Assembly: GCF_009914755.1 (NCBI RefSeq)
Contig: NC_060939.1
Direction: 5' to 3' (one strand)
Source of the DNA: the human T2T-CHM13v2.0 reference genome, Homo sapiens
Length of the DNA stretch: 64,000 nt
How positions within the stretch are numbered: position 1 is the first letter of the stretch; each line of letters begins with the position of its first letter. Both the position numbers and the translations under genes were made by a program. Positions 15,688 through 31,337 of the stretch are shown piece after piece. Below the pieces are notes generated by a model that searched no databases, had not been told where the DNA came from, and saw nothing but the letters and a program-made list of their open reading frames with translations.

Positions 15688-15830
15688 CTAGTTCTGATCT
15701 GCCAAGAAATAACACTGGGTAAGTTACTTAACCTCTCTGTGCCTCAGTTTCCTCATTTGTAAAACAGACATGATACTTATATCACTTCATCAGACTGTGA
15801 GGAAGATTGAATGAGCTCTTGTATGTGCAA
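15688..15830 (+). mobile_element. MIR
   Basis: gggtaagttacttaacctctctgtgcctcagtttcctcatttgtaaaa core. Confidence 0.85.
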
Positions 15831-17234
15831 TGATTAGTTAAAATGATCACATTAACCTCTTCCTTGAATTCTTTGCCTTTGGAAATAATGCCCCAATGCT
15901 GCTGCTGTTGCTGTTAATAAAAATATTAAAATAAGCACACTTAGATTAAGATTGGTGTTTATATTTGTCTGAGGCTTAGCATAAAAACTTGCAAAGGTGG
16001 AATTAGAGCACTAACTTGAACTTTCTCAGTGACAAATAAGCTGCGATCCATCAGCTTACTCAGACACGTTTTTGTAACATTTTGTAGACACTGAGGAATA
16101 CTTTTGCACTGAGGCACCCGTGGGCCAACAAGTACCAGAGTGGTTTGGCTCGTGGTGATTCTGAGAAGGAGCCTGAGCAGCAGGAGACAGAGCAAGTAAG
16201 GAAAGGGCAGCTGTCAAACCATCAAACCTCCACTTGCAAAAACCGAAAAAGCATACAAGAAATTCTTGGGCCAGAGTGCAACAATCTCTCACCATCTGAA
16301 GAATTTAGTGTATCCAGGTTTATGGCTAATCTAACCTGTCACAAGGGCTGTGGCTTTCTTTGCTGAAGCCAAATCATTCTGGCCTGAATTCTTGCCAATA
16401 CCACTTGACCCTCATAAAAGTCCTTGACAGCAGAGTGGATGCCATTTTTCCCTTGGCTTTGAAAAGCTTCCTTGCCGGCACCCATTACAAAGAGAATAGG
16501 GTCTGCTCTCCAGACTGGAGGCCAAAATGCTAATTAACTCATACCCAAGTCTGCCAAAAAAATTTGTGGGCAGCACTCTTTCTTCCCAGCAGTCACTATT
16601 ATAGCAGTATTATAGAGAGAAGAGAAAGAAAGAAAACGAATGGAAATGAATAAAAGCCAGAAAGAATTCTGATATTAAGACCAAATAACTGCATACGCTT
16701 TTTTACATTTGTCTTTCCTACATTATTTATTTTTTATTTTTCGGAAGTCTGATCACTTCTTGCCCATATAAACTGGTCTTTCAATTATAAAATTTATCTT
16801 GTCATGTACGGATTAGACATCAATCCTCTTGCTTTCCATAGCGAACTTCACAGAGGATTTATGTGAGGTCTACAGGATCCGTTAGCAAGTCTTTCAAAAT
16901 ATTTCTATGAAAACACTGTGCTTTGTAAGGAAGATATCATACAAAGCAAATAATGCAACTATAGCAGGGAAATAAATCTGGAATCCACCCAAGTACCTGT
17001 GAAAGTTGGTATTAGTAAGATACCACTCCTAAATGTAAATAACTTCCCATGGTCTTATCAGCAGCAGAGCTAAATAAGATGCTCTTATTTAGTAACCTCA
17101 GTAGCCCAGGAATAATCTAGAGTATTAAGTTGTCTTCTTGCTAGGAATAGCTTCCTCCCTAGGCAGAGAAAAAAGTTCACCTGATGTTTGTATATGCCAA
17201 AAGGGGCATGTACATTCCAATCTTTATCCGTCTA

Positions 17235-17420
17235 TCTATCATCCATCCATCTACTCGATAAATATTGAATGCCAATTAATGGTCCAGATACTTTGCTATA
17301 AGTTGGCAGATAGAGATGAACAAGGCACACACATTACCTGCCCTCATAGAGCTTACAGTCCAATAAGGCAAACACAGAAGTAAACAAGCAATGCTAACAG
17401 TCTGATAAGAGCTGTGTATG
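17235..17420 (-). mobile_element. L2 3' fragment
   Basis: catccatc...aaatattgaatgcc...cctgccctcatagagcttacagtc. Confidence 0.65.
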
Positions 17421-17944
17421 CTAAGACATACCCTTTTCTCCCTCCTCCCTAAAGAAACCTGGAACAAGGTGCCAAAAGCTGGTAACTAAGTAGAATTTAA
17501 TCTGGCATGAGTCATGATAACATGTAGGATGCTTAGGGTAAACTCTAAACTCACAATCACTAAGGGCAACGCAACAGAGAAAGTGATTTGGGAAGACAGC
17601 AGCAACAAGAGACCTCCATAAAGAAGGCTCTTGTGGTAGCATATGCAAGATGACCACTCAGGCCAAACCTAGGATGACTATACAAACTGTTATCAGAGGG
17701 GCAGTGCTGATAGTTTCAGTTTCAGGACTGCCCCATATTAGTGTGAAAGTCTGGGTACAGGTGGAATTTCTGTTCTTCGGAACAGTAAACCCTGTGTAAG
17801 AAAGGGAGGCAGAACTGGGGGACAGATTTAGGAGAACAAATTTTCTGGCTTGTCAGGGCCTAGGGGTGCTAAAGATGAGCAATGGAAGAAGAGATGGAGA
17901 GAATGCTGGTGTGACAGAGCGAGGGCGTGAAACAGTCAGGAACT

Positions 17945-18130
17945 TTTCTAAGTCCTTCATGTGGGCTAATTCAATATTTACAATTGAGCTACATAACCTC
18001 ATAAGGCAGGCACAATTATTGTCACTTCCATTCTACAGATGTGGAAACTGAGGTAGAAGGTTATGAAATTTGTTTCAAGGTAGCTAGTAAGTCATAGAGC
18101 CAGAATTCAAACGCATTCAGCCTGGTTCTC
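17945..18130 (-). mobile_element. MIR
   Basis: ccattctacagatgtggaaactgagg...agccagaattcaaac. Confidence 0.8.
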
Positions 18131-18804
18131 TAGTTCAGTGGGGCAGAAGAGTTTAGATCTGCCTAAACAGTAAATGGGGAGTCACTGAGGATATTTAATC
18201 AAGACACTGTGTAATTACAATTGCGATTTCATGAGTGCATGTGGTCACCACATGTAGGACGAACCAGAGGGGAAATGGAAGATAAATGGCATTTAATGAA
18301 TGCCTCTGGTATACCCAGGCCTCTCCAGCCATTATCTTACAATCCTACCTCATTACCCAACAATCACTCTAGAAGAGGCAGACATGGAGGTCCCATCTTC
18401 CTAGTGCTGGAACTAAGTCTCGAAATGCTTCAATGTCTTGCCCATACACTCCTGTATGCAATAGAATTGAGCCCAACGGAGACTACCATGAAAGCCCCTG
18501 CTTTTCCCACCACACTGTCCTGGAAATGCTAGACACAACAAACTAGGTAGTGGTTTTTATAATTGTCAAAGCAAGTGGTCATGAGAACTGGAGGACTAAA
18601 GGATGGTAGACTTGATAACTGATCAGACATGAAAATCATACAAGAGATTAAAACCAAAAAACAAAAAAGATTTCAAAATTATTAGTCTAGAAGACTTGCA
18701 TTGCCAGTCATAGACATTTGGAAGTTACAAAAGAGGAAGATGTTTTTGTTTTACTGCAGTTTGGGGGTAGAGAGTAGTAGAAGCCTACCAGAATGTTGAC
18801 TAAA

Positions 18805-19015
18805 AATACTAACATTTATTGAGTACTTACTGTTTGCCAGGCAGTGTACTAAGGACTTCACGTGCACCAATTAATTTAATCCTCACAAAACTCTTTGAGA
18901 CAGATGTTGTTATTATCCCCATTTTAAAGATGAGGAAAATGAGAAAGTCACTCAAGATTACACGAAGAGTAAATTGCAAAGCTGGACTTGAACCCAGGTC
19001 TATCTGACTTCCTGT
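18805..19015 (-). mobile_element. MIR
   Basis: taacatttattgagtacttactg...ccccattttaaagatgaggaaa...ggacttgaacccaggtctatctgac. Confidence 0.85.
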
Positions 19016-19128
19016 CTTATAGAAACTGGGCATTTTAAGCCTCAGAGAAGACATGACAGTGGGTTAAGAAGACTTGCATGACTGGCTCATGCTAGAGAAG
19101 CAGAACCAGTATGAATGGGTAAGTGTCA

Positions 19129-19455
<327 letters not shown>

Positions 19456-19667
19456 TCAAACATGAAGTTTCTGTAATAACTTTTCTGTATTCTACCTTGA
19501 AAAGAAAATAAATGCATATTTTATAATTATTATAAAATAATGCAATTGCCCTGACATTTCTAGTAAGTTTAGCTGCTCAAAAATAAGCAGGCTTGGAAGT
19601 TTTAGCCAGAGCTATCAGGCAAGAGAAAGAAAGAAAAGGCACCAAGATAGGAAAAGAAGTCAAACTA

Positions 19668-19669
<2 letters not shown>

Positions 19670-19700
<31 letters not shown>
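19670..19700. repeat. T31 homopolymer within L1
   Basis: 31 consecutive T. Confidence 0.95.
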
Positions 19701-19701
<1 letters not shown>

Positions 19702-19740
19702 GCTGATGTTATGATTCTGCACCTAGAAAACCCCAGAGAC

Positions 19741-20049
<309 letters not shown>

Positions 20050-21844
20050 CACCCTAGAGACTCCTCCACCTCGAACTGACAAGTGACTTCAGTGAAGTTC
20101 ACGATACAATATCAGCATACAGAAATCAGTAGCATTTCTATACACCAATGACATTCAAGTTGTGAGCCAAATCAAGAATGCAATCCCATTGACAATAGCA
20201 AAAAAACTAAAATACTTAGGAATACATCTAACCAAGGAGGTGAAAGACAACTATAAGAACTACAAAACACTGTTGAAAGAAATCACAGATGACACAAACG
20301 AATGGAAAAAACATTCCATGCTCATCCATTGGAAGAATCAATATCGTTAAAATGGCCATACTGCCCAAAGCAATCTACAGATTCTATGCTATTTCTATCA
20401 AACAACCAACGTCATTTTTCACATAACTAAAAAAAACTATTCCAAAATTCCTATGAAACCAAAAAAGGGCCCAAATACAAAAGCAATCCTAAGCAAAAAA
20501 GAATAAAGCCAGAGACATCACATTAACTGACTTTAAACTATAGTATAAGGGTACAATAACCAAAACAGCATGGTACTAGTACAAAAATAGACACATTGAC
20601 CAATATTCTGTTCTCTGTTCTGTTCAACAGAGAACCCAGAAATAAAGCTGTACACCTATAACCATCTGATCTTCAACAAAGTTGACAAAAATAAGCAATG
20701 TGGAAAGAACTTCCTATTCAATAAATGGTGCTAGGGTGCTTGGCTAGCCATATGCAGAAGAATAAAACTTGACCCTACCTTTCACCACATACAAAAATTA
20801 ACCCAAGATGGATTAAAGATTTAAATGTAAGACCTCAAACTATAAGAATAATAGAAGACAACCTAGGAAACACCACTCTGGATATCAATCTTGGAAAAGA
20901 ATCTATGATTAAGTCCTCAAAACAACTGCAACAAAAACAAAAATTGACAGGTGGAACCTGATTAAACTAAAGAGCTTCTGTACAGCAGAAGAAACTATTA
21001 ACAAAGTAAAAAGACAACCTACAGAATAGGAGAAAATATTCACAAACTATGCATCTGACAGAAGTCTAATATCCAGAATCCTTAAGGAACTTTTAACAAT
21101 TGAACAAGCAAAAAAACAAACAATCCCATTAAAAAATGGCCAAAAGACATGAACAGATACTTCTCCAAACAAGACGTACAAACTGTTAAAAAAATGAAAA
21201 AATGCTCAACATCACTAATTATCATAGAAATACAAATCAAAACCACAATGAGATACAATCTCACACCAGTCAGAATGGTTATTAGAAAGTCAAAAAACAA
21301 CAGATGGTGGTAAGGCTGAGGAGAAAAGAGAACAATTACACACTGTAGGTGGGAGTGTAAGTTAGTTCAGTCACTGTGGAAAGCAGCTGGGAGATTTCTC
21401 AAAGAACCTAAAACAGAACTATCATTCAACTCAGCAATCCCATTACTGGGTATACATCGAAAAGAAAATAAATTGTTCTACCAAAACGACACATGTACTT
21501 GTATGTTTACCACAGCACTATTCACAATAGCAAAGACATGGAATCAACCTAGGTGCCCATCAACAGTGAATTGGATAAAGGAAATGTGGTACATATATAC
21601 CATGGAGTACTATGCAGCCATAAAGAAGAGCGAAATCATGTCCTTTGAAGCAACATGGATGAAACTGGGGGCTATTATCATAAGCAAATTAATGCAGGAA
21701 CAGAAATTCAAATACCCTATGTTCTCACTTAAAAGTGGGAGCTAAACATTGGGTACTCATGGACATAAAGATGGCACCAATAGACATGGGGACTACTAGA
21801 GGCAGGAGAGAGGGAGGTGGGTAAGAACTGAAAAACTAGTTATA

Positions 21845-22335
<491 letters not shown>

Positions 22336-22998
22336 CTATTGGGTATTATGCTCAGTACCTGGATGACAGTACCCCAAACCTCAGCATCACGCAATATACC
22401 CAAGTAACAAATCTGCACATGTACCCCTTGAATCTAAAGTAAAAGATAATGTGTTTTGTGTCACCTTTTCAACATAAGAAACTGTCACCATGAAACTGTA
22501 TCTATACTTACAAATTGCTCTGAAAATTTTGACCTTAAAAGCTATTTTTTAACTTGAAAAGTAAAATTAAAGGTAAAAAAGAAACCCACAGCATTTTTCA
22601 CTAGAGAAGACCAAATCTTTTGTGGTTAAACAATCCAGATCATATGAGTGTTTAGTCAAGTGTTTTTCAAGTTCAAAGTGCTTACCTAGCATGTGTAAGA
22701 AGGAAGCCATGAGAGCCAGAGATGGGCTGAAAGGAAATTGTCCTGCTTACCTGGCTATTTCAAAAGCATAAGTGGCTCTGTCAGAGGGAAAGTGAAATCT
22801 AATAGAGTCCTGACACAGATTGTATTGATTCTAAAAAGCACATTGGGAAAAAGAAAAAGGTACATGGGTTTTGAGTTTGTTTGTTTTTTTTCCATTTAAC
22901 ATATCTTAAACCAGAATATGTCTTACAACAGAAGACATGTCTTAATTTAGTTAGCAATATTTTTCTTTTTTAAAGGTATATAAGAAATGGTGCTTTCT

Positions 22999-23377
<379 letters not shown>

Positions 23378-23490
23378 CTAAAACCAAACTAAACCAATGG
23401 TTTTGATGAAATATGGTAATTTCTGAACATGAAACATAAACAATTTCAACAAGGGAATTGACATTCAGATTTAAAATTAAGGGTGATATG

Positions 23491-23857
<367 letters not shown>

Positions 23858-25095
23858 CTACAGGGCCCCAGCACACTGGAGGGGAGGAGGACCTGGAAGT
23901 TAAGGGAAAATAGCAGGCTTGGGACAAAGGGTGCAGCCAGAGAGGGGTCTGGCTGCCCATAAGAGCCCCTGGGGGGCTGTCACCTTATATTATTACTAGA
24001 GCTTGCGGGATGTGTGTTCTGAGTTTGAAGCAGCAAAGACCCTTCATGAGCCCACAGTGACTTCTCCAGCTCCATGGTGAGAAAGCCACCAAAGGCAGGA
24101 AAAAAAAAAACAAAAACGGAATCCTCGAGAGAGCTGAGATTCAAGATCTAATCTGGGCAAAGTGAGGGATCCTCCCTTGTGCCCTCAGTTCTCAAGAACA
24201 GGACCCACTTTGGCCACAAATCATAAGCAAGAAAAGAAGGCTCAGCCGACAGAACGTGAGACAAGTACATATATCCGTGTGGGCAGTGAGGCAGTGAATG
24301 ACATCTAAACTGTTAGAAAACCCAGACTCCAATTAATTCTATTCTGCAGTGTCCTAGGTCTGCAAGCATCCAAAAGTGCAAGCATCAGTCACATCCGTTA
24401 AGAGAGAATATGTTTTCAAATTAAAAAAAAAGGGAGAATATCCAAAAGAAAATCAATGACACTATCGGAAAGGGGGCCACCCCTCGCCTATGAGCAACAC
24501 AAGTCTGTGGAGAGCCTTGTGCTAAACCACCCCAAAATGACCTGCTTCTGGGTCTGGGTTTTAAAAGAAAAAAATCAGGCTGTCTTTGGAGTTGGGCATG
24601 TTCTGGGGAGCATCGGGGATGCTAGAGTATCTGGGTTGGTTCAAGGGGAGGAAAAGGTAGAGAAGAAGCACACCTCAGAGATGCTGCCAGATAGAGCTCC
24701 TCAAGTTCAAGGTGACATTCTTCTCCCTGAAACCCAGGTGGGAGAAAGAGCTGTGTCTCGCCGTATTTATTCCCATCCCAAGCCCCCCCCCACAGAGGGC
24801 AGCATACAGCAGAGCCTGAGAATTATTGGTTGGATGAATGCTCAAGTGCTGCACCTGCTTCTTTCAGACTGAGGGGACCTGAGGAGTAAAATTGAGCCTT
24901 ATGTCCTAAAGACATTAAAAGACTCCTAAAGGCCTTGCTTCTATCAGGGAGTAATTAAGACACAAAGAAAAATCCAGATAGTCGCAACTACAAGTACATT
25001 TCCCATTTACAAAACTTCAAGTAATAGCTGGATTTGTTTTTACTTTTAGCACTCTAAGGCTTTTTAGAAAAAAAAAAAAAAAGCCTTTTGACTGA

Positions 25096-25467
<372 letters not shown>

Positions 25468-26354
25468 TAGGGGATAAAAGATCTCCAAATGACATAACCA
25501 GGGATTTCGTGGAAGTGATCACAGCTTGACTAAAGGACTTAAATTCGTGCACAATGAGTCCCAGTCAGTAGGCTGTGACATCAGCTGACCAGCACCTAAC
25601 TGCACCACAGGTTGAGATTATTTATTTATTTCAACTCCAGATTTTATGGAGTTTGATAGTGCAATCCAATAACACATCTTTTAAACAATAAACACTAAAA
25701 TGTATACATGTCCAATCATTTTGTTAGCTTTTTTCCATGAAGGAATACTAAGATTTTTAAAAATTAATTTAGCATTTCTTCATTATCTTTTTAAAATTAA
25801 ATTAGTTAAGATTAAACCATTAATTCCTCCATCCACTGGCCCAGGCTGGGGGAATACTGCTGTGCTTGGTGAGCACAGGAGCAGGTGTCCATTTCCATGG
25901 CATCTGTAGTGCTCAATGTCAGCCCACGCAAGTCCTTGAGCTCTCAATATCTGTTTTTCAGTGTCTGACCTGTCAAATGCGGGACATGGATTGACTCCCA
26001 CAGACCCTTCCAGCTCTAACCCCCATGGCCTATAATCAGGGCTGTCCAGTGAATCAGAATGTGGAGGCATCAAGAATCTTCCCAAAGCACAAAAAGCAAC
26101 AGCTACGACATTTAAAGTAATGGGAATAGGAAGAGGGAAGTCACCACACATTCTTCATGATCCTGAATTCTTTAAACACCAAAACTCTCATTAAACTCAA
26201 AGGTTCAGTTCCTCTTCCATTTGAGTACATTTGTATTATCAGATGCTTAAAGGAAAAACAAAACAGAAAAAAAAAAAACCCAGACAGCTATGTATTTCCC
26301 TGAAGACACAAATAATTCACACTTCTCTGGAAAAGCGCATAGTAGAATTGGGTG

Positions 26355-26683
<329 letters not shown>

Positions 26684-27437
26684 TTAAAATCACAAGATGT
26701 TTTTCAATGTCGTATCGACACGTGATAACTGTTGATTTTTTAATTATTATTTTGAGCCTAAATGTCTCCTAACCAAGAGATTTACATTTTCATGATTTTA
26801 CCATTCTATTTTTGTCTATGAACCTTGCTTTTGTGTTAAAATATGTACTGCTACTTGCATAATTTATAGCTATGCTTTAATTAAAGATGATGTATTCCTA
26901 CATAAATTCTTCCCTTTGTCAATATGGTAAAAAGGACATTGGAAACACAACTCGAAAGCGACCTGTTCAGAGTCTACCTCTTATGGGCTGAGTGACCAAG
27001 ACCTGCCCCCTGCCCCCGACTCTACTGTATGTAAAAAGGTTTTATAAAACAGCAAGTCAGGGAACCACTCAGGGAACAGTGGGGAGAATGTAGGACAATC
27101 CTGAGCACCAGGCTTCAGGCAATCAGGCACCTGCACCCAGAGGAACTGGAACCTAGGTGGGGCTTTTCGGGTGGGGTTGCAGTAGGGAAAGAGAACTGAA
27201 GAGGTAATGATACCATCTCCCTTTATGGGTAAGGCGTTTTCTCACTTGACTCTTCCACAGAGTGCACACCTCCATGCAGGAGTCTCCCATGTAATCCTCC
27301 ACCTTGTGTGGACCCAAGACTTTGCTTTCTATTCCCATGGACCCACCAGTGCAGCCGTGGCTCACCGCTGGGCACTGCTAGCCTTGATGCCTGCTTACAT
27401 CTCCATATACCTGCTTTTTAAAAGGCACTTTGTACAT

Positions 27438-27730
27438 TTTTCTTTTTTTTTTTTATTTCAGAGATGGGGTCTCACTCTATCACCCAGGCTGGAGTGCAGT
27501 GCCAGCCTCGACCTCCCAGGCTCAAGCAATCCTCTCACTTCAGCCTCCTGAGTAGCTGGGACCACAAGTGTGCATCACCACATCTGGCTATTTTTATTAT
27601 TATTATTATTTATAGACATGGGGTCTCCCTATGTTTCCCAGGCTTGTCTCAAACTCCTGGCCTTAAGCAATTCTCCTTCCTCTGCCTCCAAAAGTATTGG
27701 GATTGCAGGTATGAGCCAGCACGCCCAGCC
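27438..27730 (-). mobile_element. AluJ
   Basis: Diverged reverse dimer with (TTA)n linker. Confidence 0.9.
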
Positions 27731-28528
27731 ATTTATTTACTTTTTAAACATCACTGTTAAGTGGACAGTGCAGGAGAGTATAGTGGGATGGCAGAGAGAC
27801 CAGTTAGGAATATCCTAAATCATCCTGACCGAGAATTGCCTCTCCAGCTCGCTGAATTAGGAGGGCAGCTATAGAGTGGGGCAAAGCTGTCAGATTCGAT
27901 GTATTTTTATAAGCAGAAATAACAAGATGTGCTGACAACTTGTACATGAAGGGGCTGAGGGATGGAGTGAAGTTAAGGAAAGGCCAGGGTGGACTGCCAT
28001 TTCCAGACATGTCTTGGGAAGGGCTGAAACTTCTCATCAGTGGGCAAAGGAACGTTTGCCACATTGACACCCTCTCCATCCCCAGCACTTCGGAAGCTGT
28101 GTTAAAAGAGGAGATGGTGGGCCCAACAGCCTGGGCAGAAGTGTGGAGGCTTACCCTGCTAAAAGGAGGAAGTGGAGGAAAACACAAAGCTCCATGGTGG
28201 GGGGGTTCCCCCTCTCAAAGGAGATGGGGCTGGGTGGCAGAGGTGTCAGCAGAGGGTGAGAGAAAGTTCACCCTGACAGATTAACTGGGCAGCAAACGGG
28301 CTTGCAAAATGTGGCCTTTGCTCAAACCAAAGGTAGAATGTGAGAGTGGAGTAGTACATTTTCTTGCACTGGGGAAGTGACCTTCTGCTTAGTCCCGTCT
28401 ACCTCCCAGAGTGTGGACCAGAAGAGAGATTCTGCAGGAGGAAAGAGAACTTGATCCATTGCCAGGCTCAAACCTTCAAGACTTCTGAAAAGGAACCCAC
28501 CTTCATTGGGGTGGCAAATTGACCAGAC

Positions 28529-28593
28529 AATGAACTTTCTGGCCCCTCTCCCAATACACGCTTGGTACTGGGAGAGGGGCCAAAAAGTTCATT
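28529..28593. repeat. Inverted repeat: 29-bp arms, 7-nt loop
   Basis: aatgaactttctggcccctctcccaatac-acgcttg-gtactgggagaggggccaaaaagttcatt; 27/29 complementary. Confidence 0.95.
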
Positions 28594-28999
28594 TTTACAA
28601 CCTCTATGAAACCCCAGTTGTGTTGTTGGTATCTCTTCATTTCATGAGACATAAATTCATAAATTAGTATTACTATACTTAGTATTTTATAATGACCAGT
28701 TATAGAAACTTAAAGGACATACACAACTCCAGCTGTGCAGAGATGACCCTGATCAGAATACAGATGTTTTGATCAACCTGCTACACATAGCTGTTCTGTG
28801 TGGAGGGGACCTCATCAGCCCTCAATATATTGGGCAATCTGTAGAAGACTCTGGTGTGGAGCATGCAAGGCCTATAGAGTTAAGCATTTAGGGCATGTGA
28901 AAAATCTAAGACACTGGTAAGTGAGTAGGTCCCAGGGCTACTTCTACCCATACGTTTGAGAAAACTAAGGCAGGGGTGTGTTACCCTCTTAGACTCTGT

Positions 29000-29520
29000 G
29001 GGAGGGCATTATCATCACAATTTACAGACAAGGAAACTAGTTCAGAGAGGTTAAGAAACTTTGCCCACAGCTAATCAGGACAGGGTTAGAATTTGAACTC
29101 AGCATCCTATCAATGACACCATAGCTGCTTCACGAAGATGACTGTTATCAACAGAAGGTACGGAGGACTCAAAATGGGTAATGTAAGTAATAATGAGAAT
29201 ATTATTCATGACAACAGTAACAATTAACATTGACTGAATGCTTACTGTTAATTTAACAAATGTGTGTTGAGCTCCTCACTATATGCCAGACACTGCTGGA
29301 GGCACTGGGAAGACAGCTCCTCCATGGAGCTTACAATCTAGTAAAGACTCATGCCAAGTCCCATGAATTATTCCTCTTAATCCTCAAGCAACACTATGAC
29401 GTAGATACTGTTCTAACCTATATTCAGTGTGAGAGTCAGAGTGGTTAAAGGACTTACCTAACGTGCCATAGCTAGAAAGTGGTGTCGAGCTGGGGCCAGA
29501 GATCCTGAGAATCTTATGAT
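29000..29520 (-). mobile_element. MIR / L2 / MIR relics
   Basis: tttacagacaaggaaact...cagagaggttaag; tgttgagctcctcactatatgccagacactg; aatcctcaagcaac...gtggttaaaggactt. Confidence 0.65.
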
Positions 29521-30820
29521 CAATCCAGTTCATTAGGTACCCAATAGCAATCCTAAATGTGCATTGTTGGAGGAAAATGGACCAACGACTCAGAATGTAA
29601 ACATTTCGGGTAGCCCCAAACCAAAAGAGATTTGACATCCATTCAAAAACTGCAGGAATACTCTAAAGAACATTCTAGGACCTCTGAAAATCACAGGGTG
29701 GTGAGCAGCCCACCCAAACTTTCCCACAGTCTAGTGTGCCTTCCAAGTTCATGGTCTCATATGACTCCATATGAAAACTGCCAGCCGTCAAATGCTGGAC
29801 AGGCCAACTTCCTGAATAACCACCACTTTTTGATTCTCTCCTAAGGTCTTTAAAAGAGCAAACCACAGCTATTCTCACTTCCCAGAACCCTTTGCTGATT
29901 ACAGCGTGAGATCAAATCCCCATGGACAGGGCGGACTGGTATTTCAAACATGAAACACTGGAATGCAGATTAATAATTTACCAATGACTGTAAACGAATA
30001 TTATTCATGGAGGGAAAAAACTTCTCTCTTTTAAATGGGAACCCAGTCAGATTATCTCAGTACTTTAAGAAGCAAACTGCAAAATACCTTCTTAGAATTC
30101 AATATTTATTAACGCTGATGCTTTATTTTTTAAGAATTAACCATTCCCAGCTTCAATATTCTGCTTCAGCATAAAGTTCACTTTATTCTGCATGTGGATT
30201 TCTGTATTCTCTGCCCAGATAAATTAATACATATTCCAGAGTCTGGGGCCACGGTCAATGAAAAACCACAGCAAATTCCTAAGCAGTAAGAGATATTCCA
30301 CATGGCTTGAAATGGCTGAAGGAGAATTTTTTTAAGGTTAAGAATCAAAGTGCTGTAATTGAAGATCTTAAAATCAAGCAGCAAGGCATTCTCAAGGTAC
30401 CTAATGTTGACTTCAAGGATCATTTAAGGTAAACTTCCCTCTCCTCATCCTTCCTTGCTCACCCTCGAATCCAGTTTCCAGCTTTAAGAGTGGAACATTG
30501 CTGACATTAGGTCGGTGATGTTAACTTAAATTGGCAATGCAATGTAAAAAGTGGCAGGCAAAGTACGTATAACTCAATTACTTGAAAAAGTAAATATCCC
30601 CAAATATTCCCAAGGTCTGTTGTCAGGTTTTTGCCTAAGTCAATCTATAGGTACATGGCACAGGGAGGTACTGTAATAATAGTCTTTTGTAGGTAAATTT
30701 CTAAGCAAACTGCTTTAAAAAGCTATCCTTGATTCAACTTGCAGGTATTTACAATAGCACCCTCCATTCCATTTAATATTATAAGTGCACCTGTCCCACC
30801 TTTATGAAAATCATGTAGAA

Positions 30821-31337
30821 CAGGAGTCAGCAAACTACAGCCCGTGAGCCAAATCTGGCTCAATGATTATTTTTAATTTTTATTTATTTGTGTTGGTTTT
30901 TTGAGACCGAGTCTTGCTCTGTCACCTAGGCTGAAGTGCAGTGGTGCAATCATGGCTCACTGCAACTTTGACCTCCCAACCTCAGACGATCCTCCTGCCT
31001 CAGCCCCTGCAGGTAGCTGGGACCACAGGCATGCACCATCACGCCCAGCTAACTTTTTAAAAATCTGCGGAGATGGAGTCTCCCTACGTTGCCCATGCTG
31101 CTCTCGAACTCCTGGGCTCAAGCAATCCTCCTGTGTCGTCCTCCCACAGTGCTGAGATTACAGGTGTGAGCCACGACGCCCAGTCTGATTGTTTTTGTAA
31201 ACCAAGTTTTATTAGAAGACAGCCACGTGATTTCATGCTACAATGGCAGAGTTGAGTAGCTGTGACAGAGACTGTATGGTCCACAAAGCCTAAAATATTT
31301 ACTATCTAGCCTTTTACAGAAGAATTTTGCTAAACCG
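30821..31337. mobile_element. MER58A-like hAT element interrupted by AluJ
   Basis: caggagtcagcaaactacagccc...aaagcctaaaatatttactatct; 8-bp TSD atgtagaa / atgtagga. Confidence 0.85.
30868..31184 (-). mobile_element. AluJ
   Basis: Reverse dimer with J-type cctgggctcaagcaatcc. Confidence 0.92.

Noticed and set aside
20162-21745. L1 ORF2-like peptides as functional CDS
   Set aside because: Fragmented by stops and frameshifts in a 5'-truncated old L1
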